DNA of 46,896 bases from Thermoleophilia bacterium (GCA_025964465.1 JAOPYS010000244.1:1-46896), one strand, 5' to 3'. Numbered from the stretch's first letter, positions 1 through 10,343 are shown. Made by a program: numbers and translations. Notes: generated by a model from the sequence alone, not told the origin.

Positions 1-1613
1 TCGAGAGCCTGCGCAAGGGCCGCGGCGTCGTGCCGGAGGTCGGGCACACGCTCGTCCTGGGCTGGAGCGAGAAGCTGCACACCATCATCAGCGAGCTGCG
101 GATCGCCAACGAGAACCAGCACCGCTCGAGCGTCGTGGTGCTCGCACCGCACGATCGCGTGTGGATGGAGGACGAGATCAACGCGCGCTTCGGCTCCGGC
201 GCGAGCGGGACGATGAACGGTCGCCGCCTGCTGGGCCTGCTCGCCGGCTTCGTCGGCCGCGGGCCGGCCTCCATGCGCATCGTGTGCCGCACGGGCAACC
301 CGTCGGACCCGGCCGACCTCGAGATCGTCGCACCCACGGCCGCCAAGAGCATCATCGTGCTCACCGACCCCGATTCGCCGGCGCCCGATGCCAACGTCAC
401 CAAGGTGCTGCTCGGCCTCATGAGCTTCGACCGCGAGCTGACCGGCATGCACGTGCTCGCCGAGTTCACCGAGGGCGAGAACGCCGTGGCGATGGAGGAG
501 GCGACGGGCGGCCGCGTGCAGACCGTCGTGTCCAACGACCTCATCTCCCGCATCACCGCACAGATCTGCCGACAGGCAGGTCTCGGCGCGGTGTACCAGG
601 AGCTGCTCGACTTCGACGGTGACGAGCTCTACTTCCACGCCGACCCGCGCCACGACGGCGCGAGCTGGTCGCAGCTGCTGCTGGCCTACGAGACCAGTTC
701 GCCGATCGGCGTGCGCCGCGCGGACGGGCGGATCGAACTCAACCCCGACCCGGACACGCGGCTCGAGCGTGGCGACCAGGTCATCGCGATCAGCGAGGAC
801 GACGACACGCTCGTGTTCGGCGAGCTCGAGGAGCACGTGCCGCGCGACCCCGCCGCGGCGGCGGCGCCGGCACTCGCCCCCGACCACCTGCTGATGATCG
901 GGTGGAACGACCTCGCCCCGCGCGTGCTCGAGCACCTGGCGGGCGCGGTGTCGGCCGGGTCGACCGTCGACGTGGTCGTCGACCCGAGCCTCGTCGACGT
1001 GTCGCAGGGCCAGCTGCCCGCCTCCGCCAACATGACGATCACCCTGACGGAGGCCGACACCTCGCGCATGGAGCCGATGCGCGGCGTGCTGGACCAGCGC
1101 GAGTACGAGCGCATCGTGCTCGTCGGCTACCGCCAGCTCGACCCCTCCGAGGCCGACGCACGCACGCTGCTCGGCCTCGTGCACGCCCGGCGCATCCTCG
1201 AGCCCGGCCACCGCAACCACGGCACGTCGATCGTGGCGGAGCTGCTGGAGCCACGCTCCGTGCAGCTGGGCCAGGTCGCCAACCCCGACGACTTCGTGGT
1301 GAGCGAGCGACTGACGAGCCTGCTCCTCGCGCAGCTGTCGGAGAACGGCGAGCTGCTCGGCGTCTTCTCGGAGCTGCTCGACGGCACCGGCGTGGAGATC
1401 ACGATGCGCCCGGCCGCGCGCTACGCGCCGGAGGGCGCCGAGGGCAGCGTGGAGTGGCGCGAGCTGGTGCGCAGCGCGGCGCGCGTCGGCGAATCCGCGA
1501 TCGGCACGCTCGTCCCGGGCAGCGACGAGGGCGTCGCCGGCGTCGTGGTGAACCCGGCGAAGTCGAGCCGCGTGTCGCTCACCGAGGACGCGCAGGTCAT
1601 CGTCATCGCCTGA
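1..1613 (+). CDS. CASTOR/POLLUX-type ion channel, cytoplasmic RCK (TrkA-like) region; 5' end cut by window edge
   Basis: Listed ORF 30..1613 stays open back to base 3 (ESLRKGRGV precedes the listed GTG). 'GHTLVLGWSEKL..IANEN..VVVLA' resembles the post-pore linker and first RCK fold of CASTOR/POLLUX/DMI1-like channels. GC3-rich. Confidence 0.6.
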   Translation, partial: ESLRKGRGVVPEVGHTLVLGWSEKLHTIISELRIANENQHRSSVVVLAPHDRVWMEDEINARFGSGASGTMNGRRLLGLLAGFVGRGPASMRIVCRTGNPSDPADLEIVAPTAAKSIIVLTDPDSPAPDANVTKVLLGLMSFDRELTGMHVLAEFTEGENAVAMEEATGGRVQTVVSNDLISRITAQICRQAGLGAVYQELLDFDGDELYFHADPRHDGASWSQLLLAYETSSPIGVRRADGRIELNPDPDTRLERGDQVIAISEDDDTLVFGELEEHVPRDPAAAAAPALAPDHLLMIGWNDLAPRVLEHLAGAVSAGSTVDVVVDPSLVDVSQGQLPASANMTITLTEADTSRMEPMRGVLDQREYERIVLVGYRQLDPSEADARTLLGLVHARRILEPGHRNHGTSIVAELLEPRSVQLGQVANPDDFVVSERLTSLLLAQLSENGELLGVFSELLDGTGVEITMRPAARYAPEGAEGSVEWRELVRSAARVGESAIGTLVPGSDEGVAGVVVNPAKSSRVSLTEDAQVIVIA

Positions 1614-1622
1614 CCCTGGTCG

Positions 1623-1925
1623 TCAGCGGGCGTTGGTCCAGCCGCAGGAGTCGCACGTGCTGACGATCTTGCGCGGGGCTTCCTTGGGCGACTGGCCCGG
1701 GGCCGAGAAGCCGACGACCTCGACCTGGGTGACGCCACGCTCGCCGCACTGCGGGCACTGGTCGGTGTGGCGCGAGCACTGGCCGCCGCAGTCGTCGCAG
1801 GAGAGGACGTTGGCGTCGTCGGTGCGGCTCAGGTCCATCGAGCCGCAGGTCGGGCACAGCAGCAGGCCGTCGTCCATGCGGACGGGGGGCAGCGCGTCGG
1901 ATCCAGGTTCGGGGGTCGTGGCCAT
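1623..1925 (-). CDS. small Cys-rich zinc-ribbon protein
   Basis: Four CxxC pairs (CPTC, CDDC, CPQC, CDSC). ATG at 1925 preferred over the TTG at 1943 listed in the ORF track. Confidence 0.5.
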   Translation of the reverse strand: MATTPEPGSDALPPVRMDDGLLLCPTCGSMDLSRTDDANVLSCDDCGGQCSRHTDQCPQCGERGVTQVEVVGFSAPGQSPKEAPRKIVSTCDSCGWTNAR

Positions 1926-1942
1926 GTGGGCATCGTCGCACA

Positions 1943-2776
1943 ATGCACGTCGCCAGCCTGCACCGCTATCCGATCAAGTCGTGCCGTGGCATCGAGATGG
2001 ATGCTGCGACCGTCGAGCGCCGCGGGTTCGAGCTCGACCGGCGCTTCATGGTCGTCGGCGCGGAGACGGGCGGGTTCCGCACCCAGCGCCGTGACCCGCG
2101 CCTCGCGCTGGTGGAGGTGGCCATCGATGGTGACGCGATGCACGTCGCCGCCGAGGGCGTCGGCGCCGTGACGATCGACCTCGCCCGCGCCGACGAGGGC
2201 CCGGAGCTGGCGACCTACGTCTGGCGACATCGCGGCACCTCGGTCGACCAGGGCGACCCAGCGGCCGCGTTCTTCGGTGAGGTGCTCGGCGCCCCCGCCC
2301 GGCTGGTGCACATGCCCGACCGCGCGCGCCGCAACGTCAGTCGCGCGTTCGCGCGCACGCCGGACGACATCGTGGGCTTCGCCGACGGCTACCCCTTCCT
2401 CGTCACCACCACCGCATCGCTCGGCGCCCTGCAGGAGGGGATGGACGAGCCGGTGCCGATGGACCGCTTCCGGGCCAACGTCGTGCTCGACGGCGCCCGG
2501 GCGTGGGAGGAGGACGAGTGGTCGGAGCTGCAGGTGGGCGACGCACCACTGGCCATCACCAAGGGGTGCACGCGCTGCGTGATCACCACCACCGACCAAC
2601 GCACGGGCGAGCGCTTCACCGAGCCGATGCGCACCCTCGGCGCCACGCGCCGCACCAAGGCGGGCGTGGTGTTCGGCGTGTACGCCGTGCCCCGGCAGGT
2701 GGGCGTCACGGTCCGCGTCGGCGACGTCGTCAGCGCAGGTTGCACGGCGCCGGCACCGGGCACGCAGGGTGAATGA
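1943..2776 (+). CDS. MOSC domain-containing protein (YcbX-like)
   Basis: N-terminus 'LHRYPIKSCRG' (MOSC beta-barrel). C-terminal 'GCTRCVITTTDQRTGE' carries the conserved MOSC cysteine. Confidence 0.8.
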   Translation: MHVASLHRYPIKSCRGIEMDAATVERRGFELDRRFMVVGAETGGFRTQRRDPRLALVEVAIDGDAMHVAAEGVGAVTIDLARADEGPELATYVWRHRGTSVDQGDPAAAFFGEVLGAPARLVHMPDRARRNVSRAFARTPDDIVGFADGYPFLVTTTASLGALQEGMDEPVPMDRFRANVVLDGARAWEEDEWSELQVGDAPLAITKGCTRCVITTTDQRTGERFTEPMRTLGATRRTKAGVVFGVYAVPRQVGVTVRVGDVVSAGCTAPAPGTQGE

Positions 2777-3483
2777 CCGACGATCCGAGCACCTCCCCCG
2801 CGCCCGCCACCGTCACCTGGAGCGAGCCGTACGGCCGCTCGTGGACGCCCTCGGGCGAGGGCTCGATGGAGCGCCACGCGCACGCCCTGCGCGTCGGTGA
2901 CGACGTCTGGGTCATCGACCCGATCGACGCACCCAACCTCGACGAACTGCTCGCCGAGCTCGGCGGCACCGTGCGCCACGTCGTCGTGCTGCTGGACCGC
3001 CACCTTCGCGACGCGGCGGCGGTCGCCGAGCGTCACGGCGCTGCGCTGCACGTGGTCGCCGGCAACATCCGTCAGGAGCTGCCGGCGGGGGCGCAGCGCT
3101 TCGACACCGAGCTCGCAGGCTCGCCCTTCGCGGTGGTGCCGGTGCGCGACCAAGGCAAGGTGTGGTGCGAGCGCGCCCTGTGGTGGCCCGAGCACGACCT
3201 GCTCGTCGTGGCGGAGTCGCTCGGCTCGGCGGGGGGTTTCACCGCGGGCACCGATGCCGCCCTCGCGGTGCACCCGGTGCTGCGACTGACACCACCGCGC
3301 GCCGCGTTCGCCCGCGCCACGCCCCGCACCATCCTGCTCGGCCACGGGCGACCGGTCACCGACGAGGCAACCGCAGCGGTCACCACCGCACTTGCGGAGT
3401 CACGCCGCGGCGCGCCGAAGTTCGTGGCCGAGACCGCGAGCGCCGCCATCTCGGGCGTGCTCGGTCGCCGCACCGACGACTGA
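2773..3483 (+). CDS. hypothetical protein, possibly a degenerate MBL-fold protein
   Basis: ATGA start/stop overlap with the MOSC gene (2773-2776). 'VVVLLDRHLRD' sits where HxHxDH would be, and 'LLGHG' lies near the C-terminus. Function unclear. Confidence 0.45.
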   Translation: MTDDPSTSPAPATVTWSEPYGRSWTPSGEGSMERHAHALRVGDDVWVIDPIDAPNLDELLAELGGTVRHVVVLLDRHLRDAAAVAERHGAALHVVAGNIRQELPAGAQRFDTELAGSPFAVVPVRDQGKVWCERALWWPEHDLLVVAESLGSAGGFTAGTDAALAVHPVLRLTPPRAAFARATPRTILLGHGRPVTDEATAAVTTALAESRRGAPKFVAETASAAISGVLGRRTDD

Positions 3484-3497
3484 GGCCGCGCCCCCGG

Positions 3498-4175
3498 TCA
3501 CATCCCGCCGTAGTAGCCCAGGTCGATGATCCGGATGAGCGACACGACCAGGATCAGCGTGCCGACGCCGGATGCCGCGAGACGGATGCTGCGCACGCGG
3601 AAGACCGACGACACGCCGAACATGAACAGGGCGACGGCGAGCAGCACCGTGGTGAGGTCGAACTTGCCGCTCTTGTTGCCGAGCTTGCCGGCCTTGTCGA
3701 ACTGCTTCTCGGCGACCGTGTCCAGGCGCGCGCCCTCGTCGTACCCGTCGATCGTGTAGTCGGGGTCCTGGTCCACGAAGGGCGAGTCGGCCGAGTCGTC
3801 GTCCTCGTCCGTGCCGGCCCACCAGTCGACGCCCGCGACGAGGTTGTCGTCCATCAGGCTGCCCTTGAGGTACTCGGCGGTGTCCGTCTCCCCGCCCTGC
3901 AGCGCCTTGGCGTACTCCAGGAACAGTGCCGTGTCGGAGGTCACCTGCTGCGTGCCCTCCGTGTACTGCTGGCTCGCCTCGTCGCTCGTCTTGATGGACT
4001 TGTTCTGGAGGGTGAGCGCGTCACCGCTCAGCGAGCCGCTCTGGAACGCCGACCACGCGGCGGCGATGGCGGCCAGGCCCAGCACGATGGCGAGGTAGGC
4101 GTCGAACTTGCCGCCCGTGTCCTCGCCGCGGACGATGTCGTCGCTCTCGTCGATCACCTTGACGTCGTCGGCCAT
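3498..4175 (-). CDS. membrane protein, unknown function
   Basis: 225-aa ORF with GC3-rich codons. One N-proximal and two C-terminal hydrophobic helices (LAIVLGLAAIAAAW; TVLLAVALFMFGV; VGTLILVVSLI). Confidence 0.55.
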   Translation of the reverse strand: MADDVKVIDESDDIVRGEDTGGKFDAYLAIVLGLAAIAAAWSAFQSGSLSGDALTLQNKSIKTSDEASQQYTEGTQQVTSDTALFLEYAKALQGGETDTAEYLKGSLMDDNLVAGVDWWAGTDEDDDSADSPFVDQDPDYTIDGYDEGARLDTVAEKQFDKAGKLGNKSGKFDLTTVLLAVALFMFGVSSVFRVRSIRLAASGVGTLILVVSLIRIIDLGYYGGM

Positions 4176-4257
4176 GGTCGTGCTCCTGTGCGCGGGACCC
4201 GGCGACGCCGAGGCGGTCCAGCAGGCTACCTGACCCGTCGCCGTCGGCCCGTGACGG

Positions 4258-5592
4258 TCAGGCGACGTCCGGGGCGATGACGTCGACGCGCCCGTCGACC
4301 TGGACGCGCCGCAGGAACGGGATGCTGAGCAGCATGGCGCCCGCCACGATGATCCACATCGCGCCGTAGCCGTGGGTGGAGCCGTACCACGGGTCGAGCA
4401 GGTCGATGACGATGCCGGCGCACAGCGGCCCGGCCACCACGCCGACGCCGCGGCTGACGCTGAACAGGCCGGCCGCCACGCCGTGCGAATGCCCCGGCAC
4501 CGCCTCGATCAGCAGGCCGTACGGGAGCGCGTTGACGATCGCGCCACCCGTCGCGACGAACGGCATGACCGCCCCGACCGCCCAGGGGTTGGTGGTGAGC
4601 CCGGGGATGAGCAGCCCGATCCCGTAGAACACGACCGCGAACTCGAGCGTGCGGTGCACGCCCACGCGGTCGCCGAGCTGCCCGACGAAGAGTGACGAGA
4701 CGACCATCACGCCGGCCACGACGCCGATGCCCAGCGACGCCTTGGGGTAGCTCAGCCCGATGCCGGTCACGAGCCACAGCAGCACGAACGAGCGCAGCGC
4801 GGCGAGCGACATCTCCCACAGGGCGTTGGCCAGCAGCAGGTTGCGCAGGGAGGCGTCGTCGCGGAACAGGCGCAGCCCGACCCGCAGCGTGTCGACGGAC
4901 GCATCGTCGACGGCGTCGTCGGTCGCGCGGCGACCCGCCTGCACGCCGACGATGCGTCGGCCCACCGCCATGCAGAACACGGCGGTGGACGCGGTGATCG
5001 CAGCGCCCGCGACGATGAACGGCAAGGGGTGCCACACGTCGACGAGGAGCACGCCGCCGACGACCGAACCCGCCAGCCCGAGCCCGCGCCAGAACGCCTG
5101 CCCGCCCTGCGAACGCCCGGCGAGGGCGGGGGGCACGAGGTCCGGATAGAGCGCGTTGTAGGGCGGGTAGTAGGTGAAGTAGGCGACGTAGAAGACTGCC
5201 ACGAGCAGGCAGATCGCCCAGAGCGACCCGACGAACGGCATCAGCACCAGCGCGGCCACCGCGAGCGGCGTCGCGCCGAGCATGTACGGCAGCCGTCCGC
5301 CGATCCGGGTGCGCGTGCGGTCCGACAGCGCGCCGACGAGCACGGGCAGCGCCACGGCGAAGACTCCCTCGCCCCCGATGATGAGCCCCACGATGGTGCT
5401 CGAGTCGGTGTAGCGGTGCAGCAGCACCGGCAGCACGGTGGTGACGACGCCGATCGACAGGGCGAGCCCGAAGTTGGGAGCGCCCATGAACAGGAGCCGC
5501 GCGCCTGCGAGCGGGGCCCGGCGGTCGGTGCGGCCTGCGGCCGCCGGGGCGACCGTGTCGTCATCGACGGGGAGTGTGCACGGGGGCGCCAT
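4258..5592 (-). CDS. MFS transporter
   Basis: About 12 hydrophobic segments. Loop motif 'GALSDRTRTRIGGRLPYM' matches the MFS loop 2-3 signature of GPH/SLC45-like members. Confidence 0.75.
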   Translation of the reverse strand: MAPPCTLPVDDDTVAPAAAGRTDRRAPLAGARLLFMGAPNFGLALSIGVVTTVLPVLLHRYTDSSTIVGLIIGGEGVFAVALPVLVGALSDRTRTRIGGRLPYMLGATPLAVAALVLMPFVGSLWAICLLVAVFYVAYFTYYPPYNALYPDLVPPALAGRSQGGQAFWRGLGLAGSVVGGVLLVDVWHPLPFIVAGAAITASTAVFCMAVGRRIVGVQAGRRATDDAVDDASVDTLRVGLRLFRDDASLRNLLLANALWEMSLAALRSFVLLWLVTGIGLSYPKASLGIGVVAGVMVVSSLFVGQLGDRVGVHRTLEFAVVFYGIGLLIPGLTTNPWAVGAVMPFVATGGAIVNALPYGLLIEAVPGHSHGVAAGLFSVSRGVGVVAGPLCAGIVIDLLDPWYGSTHGYGAMWIIVAGAMLLSIPFLRRVQVDGRVDVIAPDVA

Positions 5593-5622
5593 CGTGGCGC
5601 AGAGGATACGCGGCGCGTCGGC

Positions 5623-5898
5623 TCAGGCGACGGGGCTGCTGGCTCCGTGCTCGATCCGCTCCTGCGTCGGCCCGTCGACGGCGACCCCGCCGAGCGCCTC
5701 GGCCTGCTGGACGACCTCGTCGATGCGTCGCGCGAGCTCCGCATCCTCCCCGGCGACCATCACGGCCACCTGGGTGGCGGCGCGGGGCATCGACTGGCGC
5801 AGGTACCAGCGCACGGAACCGGGCGACTGCGCACGGGTGCCGGGCACCTCGGTCCACTCGGCGCCGTCGGGAAGGAGCACGTACACGGGATAGGCCAT
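5623..5898 (-). CDS. hypothetical small protein
   Basis: 91-aa ORF with GC3 bias. No recognisable motif. Confidence 0.35.
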   Translation of the reverse strand: MAYPVYVLLPDGAEWTEVPGTRAQSPGSVRWYLRQSMPRAATQVAVMVAGEDAELARRIDEVVQQAEALGGVAVDGPTQERIEHGASSPVA

Positions 5899-5934
5899 GG
5901 GCTCCCTGTACCCCGGACGGGCGTTGCGCAGGCC

Positions 5935-7266
5935 TCAGGCGGCGCGGACGACCTCGCACGCCACGGTGACGTCGCCGCGATCGACGAGCGCGGTGTCGCG
6001 ACCGGGGCCGCAGTTCACGGCGTCACCGCGGGCATGGTCGCGTGCGTTGACGACGTCGTTGCCGGCACCGCCGCGCAGGACGTCCTTGCCCGGGCCACCG
6101 GTCAGCGTGTCGTTGCCCGCGCCACCGTCGACGGCATCGCTGCCGTCATCGCCGTAGAGCCGATCGGCGCCGAGGCCGCCGAAGAGCCGGTCCGCACCCG
6201 GGCCACCGCGCAGCAGGTCGTTGCCGCCGAGCCCGGTGAGCGTGTCGTTGCCGCCGCCCGCGTCGAACGTGTCGGCGCCGTCGGTGCCGGTGAGCGCGCC
6301 GCCTCGAGCGGTGCCGATGCACGTCCGCGCGTCGTCGACGGCCGAGGCCGCGGGCAGCGTCGCCTGCGCGCCGGCGAGGTTGCTGCACCGGTCGACGGGC
6401 GGAGCGGGCGGTGCCGGCGTGACGGGTGGCGCCTTGACGGTGACGGTGACCGTGGTCTCGGGCCCGTACGGGCTGCCGTCGCTCGGGCGGTAGGCGAACG
6501 AATCGAGCCCGGCGAACCCGGCGTGCGGCGTGTACGTGAACGAGCCGTTGGAGTTCCAGGCCAGGTCGCCGTTGAGCGGCCCGCGCGTGAGCTGCGCCGT
6601 GAGTACGTCGCCGTCCGGATCGGAGTCGTTGGCGAGCACGCCCGGCACCGCGACGAGCGCGGTGCCGGAGGTCGTCTCGTACGCATCGACGGCCGAGAGG
6701 GGGCTGGTCTCCCAGGTCAGGTCGTCGAACACGGCCGACGCGGAGCCCGTGAAGGCGAGCTGGACGCTCGTGATGCGCGGGGCGCGGACGACGAAGGGCG
6801 TCAGGGCCGGCGTCGACGCGCGCGTCACCGCCGACACCGCTGTGGTCCCGTCGTACGCCGTGACCGTCATCGTCCCGCTGGTGCCCTGGCCCCCTGCGAT
6901 GGAGACCGAGTGTGCGGGTGACGCGAACGTGATGGTCTCGGGGCCGCCGGTCGACCCCCCACCGGGATAGCCCACGCCGGTGTTGAAGGCGAGGAAGTTC
7001 GGCGCGCTGAACCCGGTCACGCCGAATCCGCCGCCGGAGTTCAGTCGCGCGCCGCCCGAGCCGGGGCCCGATCCGGCGAACGAGACGCCGAGCGCCGCGT
7101 ACTCGCTGCCCAGCGGTGTGGTGCTCGCGAACGAGCTCGGCGCCGCGGCTTCGTCGAAGTTGATCGTCCGAGATGCCGCCAGTGCCTGGGTCGCGGTGCA
7201 TCCCCAGCACACGATCGCCAAGGCCATCGTCGCCAGTGTCCGAGTTCGTCCTGCCAGCCGTTCCAT
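5935..7266 (-). CDS. secreted protein with cadherin-like domain and RTX-type Ca-binding repeats
   Basis: Signal-peptide-like N-terminus ([21 protein letters not shown]). '[29 protein letters not shown]' is cadherin/VCBS-like. The C-terminus has tandem GGxGxD nonapeptides ([41 protein letters not shown]..). Confidence 0.8.
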   Translation of the reverse strand: MERLAGRTRTLATMALAIVCWGCTATQALAASRTINFDEAAAPSSFASTTPLGSEYAALGVSFAGSGPGSGGARLNSGGGFGVTGFSAPNFLAFNTGVGYPGGGSTGGPETITFASPAHSVSIAGGQGTSGTMTVTAYDGTTAVSAVTRASTPALTPFVVRAPRITSVQLAFTGSASAVFDDLTWETSPLSAVDAYETTSGTALVAVPGVLANDSDPDGDVLTAQLTRGPLNGDLAWNSNGSFTYTPHAGFAGLDSFAYRPSDGSPYGPETTVTVTVKAPPVTPAPPAPPVDRCSNLAGAQATLPAASAVDDARTCIGTARGGALTGTDGADTFDAGGGNDTLTGLGGNDLLRGGPGADRLFGGLGADRLYGDDGSDAVDGGAGNDTLTGGPGKDVLRGGAGNDVVNARDHARGDAVNCGPGRDTALVDRGDVTVACEVVRAA

Positions 7267-7371
7267 GTCGAGATCCTCCGTCGCCGCTCCGCAATCGCCA
7301 CCCTATGGGAACCGGGGTCGCGGCCCGCGCGTCGAACCTGTCGACAGCGCACTTCACCAAGGAGCAGCACG

Positions 7372-8121
7372 ATGTCCCAGGACCGCACCAACCGCACACT
7401 GCAGGCGTCACTCATCGCGTTCGTCGCGCTCGCGGTGGGAGCGCTGCTCGCCTGGGCCGTGTGGTCCGGTTCGGATTCCGAGGCGTCGGCGGCACCAGCC
7501 GGCGGGCAGGCCCGACTGCTCACCTTCACCGGCACGGGCACGGCGCACGTGCAGCCCGACGGCGCCTCGATCTCGGCCGGGGTCTCCACCAAGGGCGCGA
7601 GCGCCGACGCGGCGCAGGACGCGGCGAGCCGCCGGATGGCTGCGCTCGTGAAGCACCTGCGCAGTGTGGGCGTGGCCAAGCAGGACCTGCAGACCTCCGA
7701 CGCCTCGGTGAACGAGGACTACGAGCACGAGGGGCGGTTCTCCGCGAACCAGTCGCTCACCATCCGGGTGCGCGACGTGGACCGCGCGGGCGAGCTGCTC
7801 GGCGAGGCGACGCAGGGCGGCGCCGATTCCGTGAGCGGTCCCGCCTTCTCGCTCGAGGACCAGCGCGCGGGCTACGACGAGGCGCTGCGCACGGCGATCG
7901 CCGACGCCCGAGCCAAGGCGGACGCGGCGGCGTCGCACATGGACGCCACGGTGCGGTCGGTCTATGCCATCGGCGAGGCGGGCAGCACCGGCGAGCGGAT
8001 TCCGATGCTCGCGGCGACCGCGGGGATGGCCACGGACGCGAAGGCCGTCGACGTGCCCACCGAGCAGGGGACGCAGGACGTCACGCTGACGGTCGAGGTC
8101 TCGTTCACCTACGACCGCTAG
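7372..8121 (+). CDS. SIMPL (DUF541) domain protein
   Basis: N-terminal TM anchor followed by 'LTFTGTGTAHVQPDGASISAGVS..', typical of SIMPL/BP26-like proteins. Confidence 0.7.
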   Translation: MSQDRTNRTLQASLIAFVALAVGALLAWAVWSGSDSEASAAPAGGQARLLTFTGTGTAHVQPDGASISAGVSTKGASADAAQDAASRRMAALVKHLRSVGVAKQDLQTSDASVNEDYEHEGRFSANQSLTIRVRDVDRAGELLGEATQGGADSVSGPAFSLEDQRAGYDEALRTAIADARAKADAAASHMDATVRSVYAIGEAGSTGERIPMLAATAGMATDAKAVDVPTEQGTQDVTLTVEVSFTYDR

Positions 8122-8130
8122 GTTCTGCGC

Positions 8131-9304
8131 ATGGGTCGTGCGGACGTGATCGTGGTCGGGCTCGGCGCCGTGGGCAGCGCCACCCTGCTGCACCTCGCGC
8201 GCCGCGGCGTGCGGGTGATCGGGATCGACCGGGCCGATCCGCCGCACGAGCTGGGGTCCACGCACGGCGAATCGCGCGTCACCCGGCAGGCCACGGCCGA
8301 GGGCGCGGCGTACGTCCCCCTCGCGGTGCGGTCGCAGGAGCTGTGGCGGGAGGTCGAGGCCGAGACCGGCGCCGACCTGTTCACCGCCTGTGGCGTGCTG
8401 ATGGCGGGCGCGCGCGGCCGCACCGGGACCATGCACGGCGTGCCGGACTGGGTGGACGAGACCGCCACGCTCGCGCACCGGTTCGGGATCGAGCACGAGG
8501 TGCTGGACGGGCCGGCGGCGCGGCGACGGTTCCCGATGCTCGCGCTGGGCGACGACGACGTCGCGTACCACGAGCCGGGCGGCGGGTTCGTCCGGCCCGA
8601 GGCCGCGGTGGCCGCGCAGCTGGGGCTCGCACGGGGCCTCGGCGCGCAGGTGCGCACGGGCGAGGTCGTCCTGGGCGTGCGCCAGCACGGCGACCACGTG
8701 GAGGTCGTCACCGACCGCGAGACCCTCGTCGCCGAGCACGCGGTGCTCAGCGCGGGCCCGTGGATCGGCGACCTGCTGGAGGACGCTGCCGGTACGGCCG
8801 GCCGCCTGCGCGTGCTGCGACAGGAGCTGCACTGGTTCGCCGTCGATCCGGCCCGCGCCGCGCTCGCCGAACCGGAGGCGTGCCCCGTCTTCATGTGGTC
8901 GTTCGGTCCGGGCGAGGCCGACTTCTTCTACGGGTTCCCGGCGCTCGCCGGCACGGAGGGCGGGGTGAAGGTCGCGACGGAGCAGTTCGCGACGAGCACC
9001 ACGATCGACGCCCTCGACCGGACCCCGGACCCGGAGGCTGCCGCGTCGATGTACGAGACGCACCTGCGCGGGCGGCTGCTGACCGTGACGACCCACCACC
9101 TGCGCTCACGCGTGTGCGCCTACACCGCGACGGGAGGACGGCGGCTTCCTCGTCGGGCCGCTCGCCGACGCGGACCGCATCCTGCTCGCGTCGGCCTGCT
9201 CCGGGCACGGCTTCAAGCACTCCGCCGCCCTCGGCGAGGCCATCGCGCGCCAGCTCGACACGGGCGTCGCCGACCCGCTGCTCGCGCCCTTCACGGTGGC
9301 GTAG
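8131..9304 (+). pseudogene. monomeric sarcosine oxidase / N-methyltryptophan oxidase-like FAD oxidase, frameshifted near 9131-9134
   Basis: N-terminal 'DVIVVGLGAVGSA' dinucleotide-binding fold. After '..RVCAYTAT' the listed frame becomes Arg-rich junk ending at 9321. The next frame reads 'EDGGFLVGPLADADRILLASACSGHGFKHSAALGEAIARQL..' and ends at TAG 9302-9304. Confidence 0.7.
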
Positions 9305-9341
9305 GCCTCCCGTCCACCTGACGGCGCCCTGGCCTCGCCCC

Positions 9342-10343
9342 TCAGTGGCCGCCGAGGGCGCGCACCACGTCGGCCGCCGGACCGGGCTGCGCGAGCTCGT
9401 GCCGGGTGCCGGCCCACAGGTTGACGCGGTCGCCGTCCCCCGCCGCGCGGGCCGCGGCACGGATCGGCGCGGTCGCGTGGTGCACCTGCGGGTAGGCGAC
9501 CGGCGCGTCAGGGTGGTCGCGCATGAATGCGTTGACGATGCCGCGCGCCGTGCGACCCGAGAACGCCCGCGTCCAGTCGGTGGGGGCGTTCGACGCGACC
9601 GCCGCGCGGTGGACGGGGTGCGCGCCACATTCGTCCGTGCGCAGGAAGGCGGTGCCGCACTGCACGGCGACGGCGCCGGCCTCGAGCGCGGCACCCACGT
9701 CGCCTGCCGTGGCGACGCCACCGGCAGCCACGACGGGCAGGTCGACGGCCGCCACCACCGCGCGCACGAGCGCCAGCACGCCGAGCGCGCCCTCCCCTCC
9801 GTCGTCGGTGAACGACGAGCGATGCCCGCCCGCCTCGGCGCCCTGCGCGACGAGCGCGTCGCACCCCGTCGCGGCTGCCACCTCGGCCTCCTCCACCGAC
9901 GTCACCGTCACCCACACCTGCGTGCCGACGGCCTGCAGGGCGCGCACCGTCTCGGCCGCGGGGCACCCGAACGCGAACGAGACGACGGCCACGGGGGCGC
10001 GCAGCAGCACCTCGACCTTGGCGGCCAGGTCGTCGTCGTCGAAGCGCGCCTCCCCCACCTCCGCACCGACGAGCTGGGCGTCACGCTCGAGCGACGCCAC
10101 GTACGCGTCGAGCGCGCTCGCGTCGACGGGCGTCCGCGCCACGAGGAAGAGGTTCACGCCGAAGGGTCGGGCAGTCAGCGCCCGCAGCTCCTCGATCCGG
10201 TCGGACATCGCCGCCGCGCGCAGGTAGCCGCTCGCCAGGTACCCGAGGCCGCCCGCGTCGCTGACCGCCGCCGCCAGCTCGACCGTGGACGGGCCGCCCG
10301 CCATGGGTGCCAGTACGACCGTCGGGATGTGGGGCTGCGGCAT
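9342..10343 (-). CDS. nitronate monooxygenase (NMO / 2-nitropropane dioxygenase family)
   Basis: 'VVLAPMAGGPSTVELAAAVSDAGGLG', 'PFGVNLF' and '..VVAAGGVA' are typical NMO TIM-barrel motifs. ATG at 10343 chosen to avoid overlap with the upstream MarR gene. Confidence 0.8.
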   Translation of the reverse strand: MPQPHIPTVVLAPMAGGPSTVELAAAVSDAGGLGYLASGYLRAAAMSDRIEELRALTARPFGVNLFLVARTPVDASALDAYVASLERDAQLVGAEVGEARFDDDDLAAKVEVLLRAPVAVVSFAFGCPAAETVRALQAVGTQVWVTVTSVEEAEVAAATGCDALVAQGAEAGGHRSSFTDDGGEGALGVLALVRAVVAAVDLPVVAAGGVATAGDVGAALEAGAVAVQCGTAFLRTDECGAHPVHRAAVASNAPTDWTRAFSGRTARGIVNAFMRDHPDAPVAYPQVHHATAPIRAAARAAGDGDRVNLWAGTRHELAQPGPAADVVRALGGH

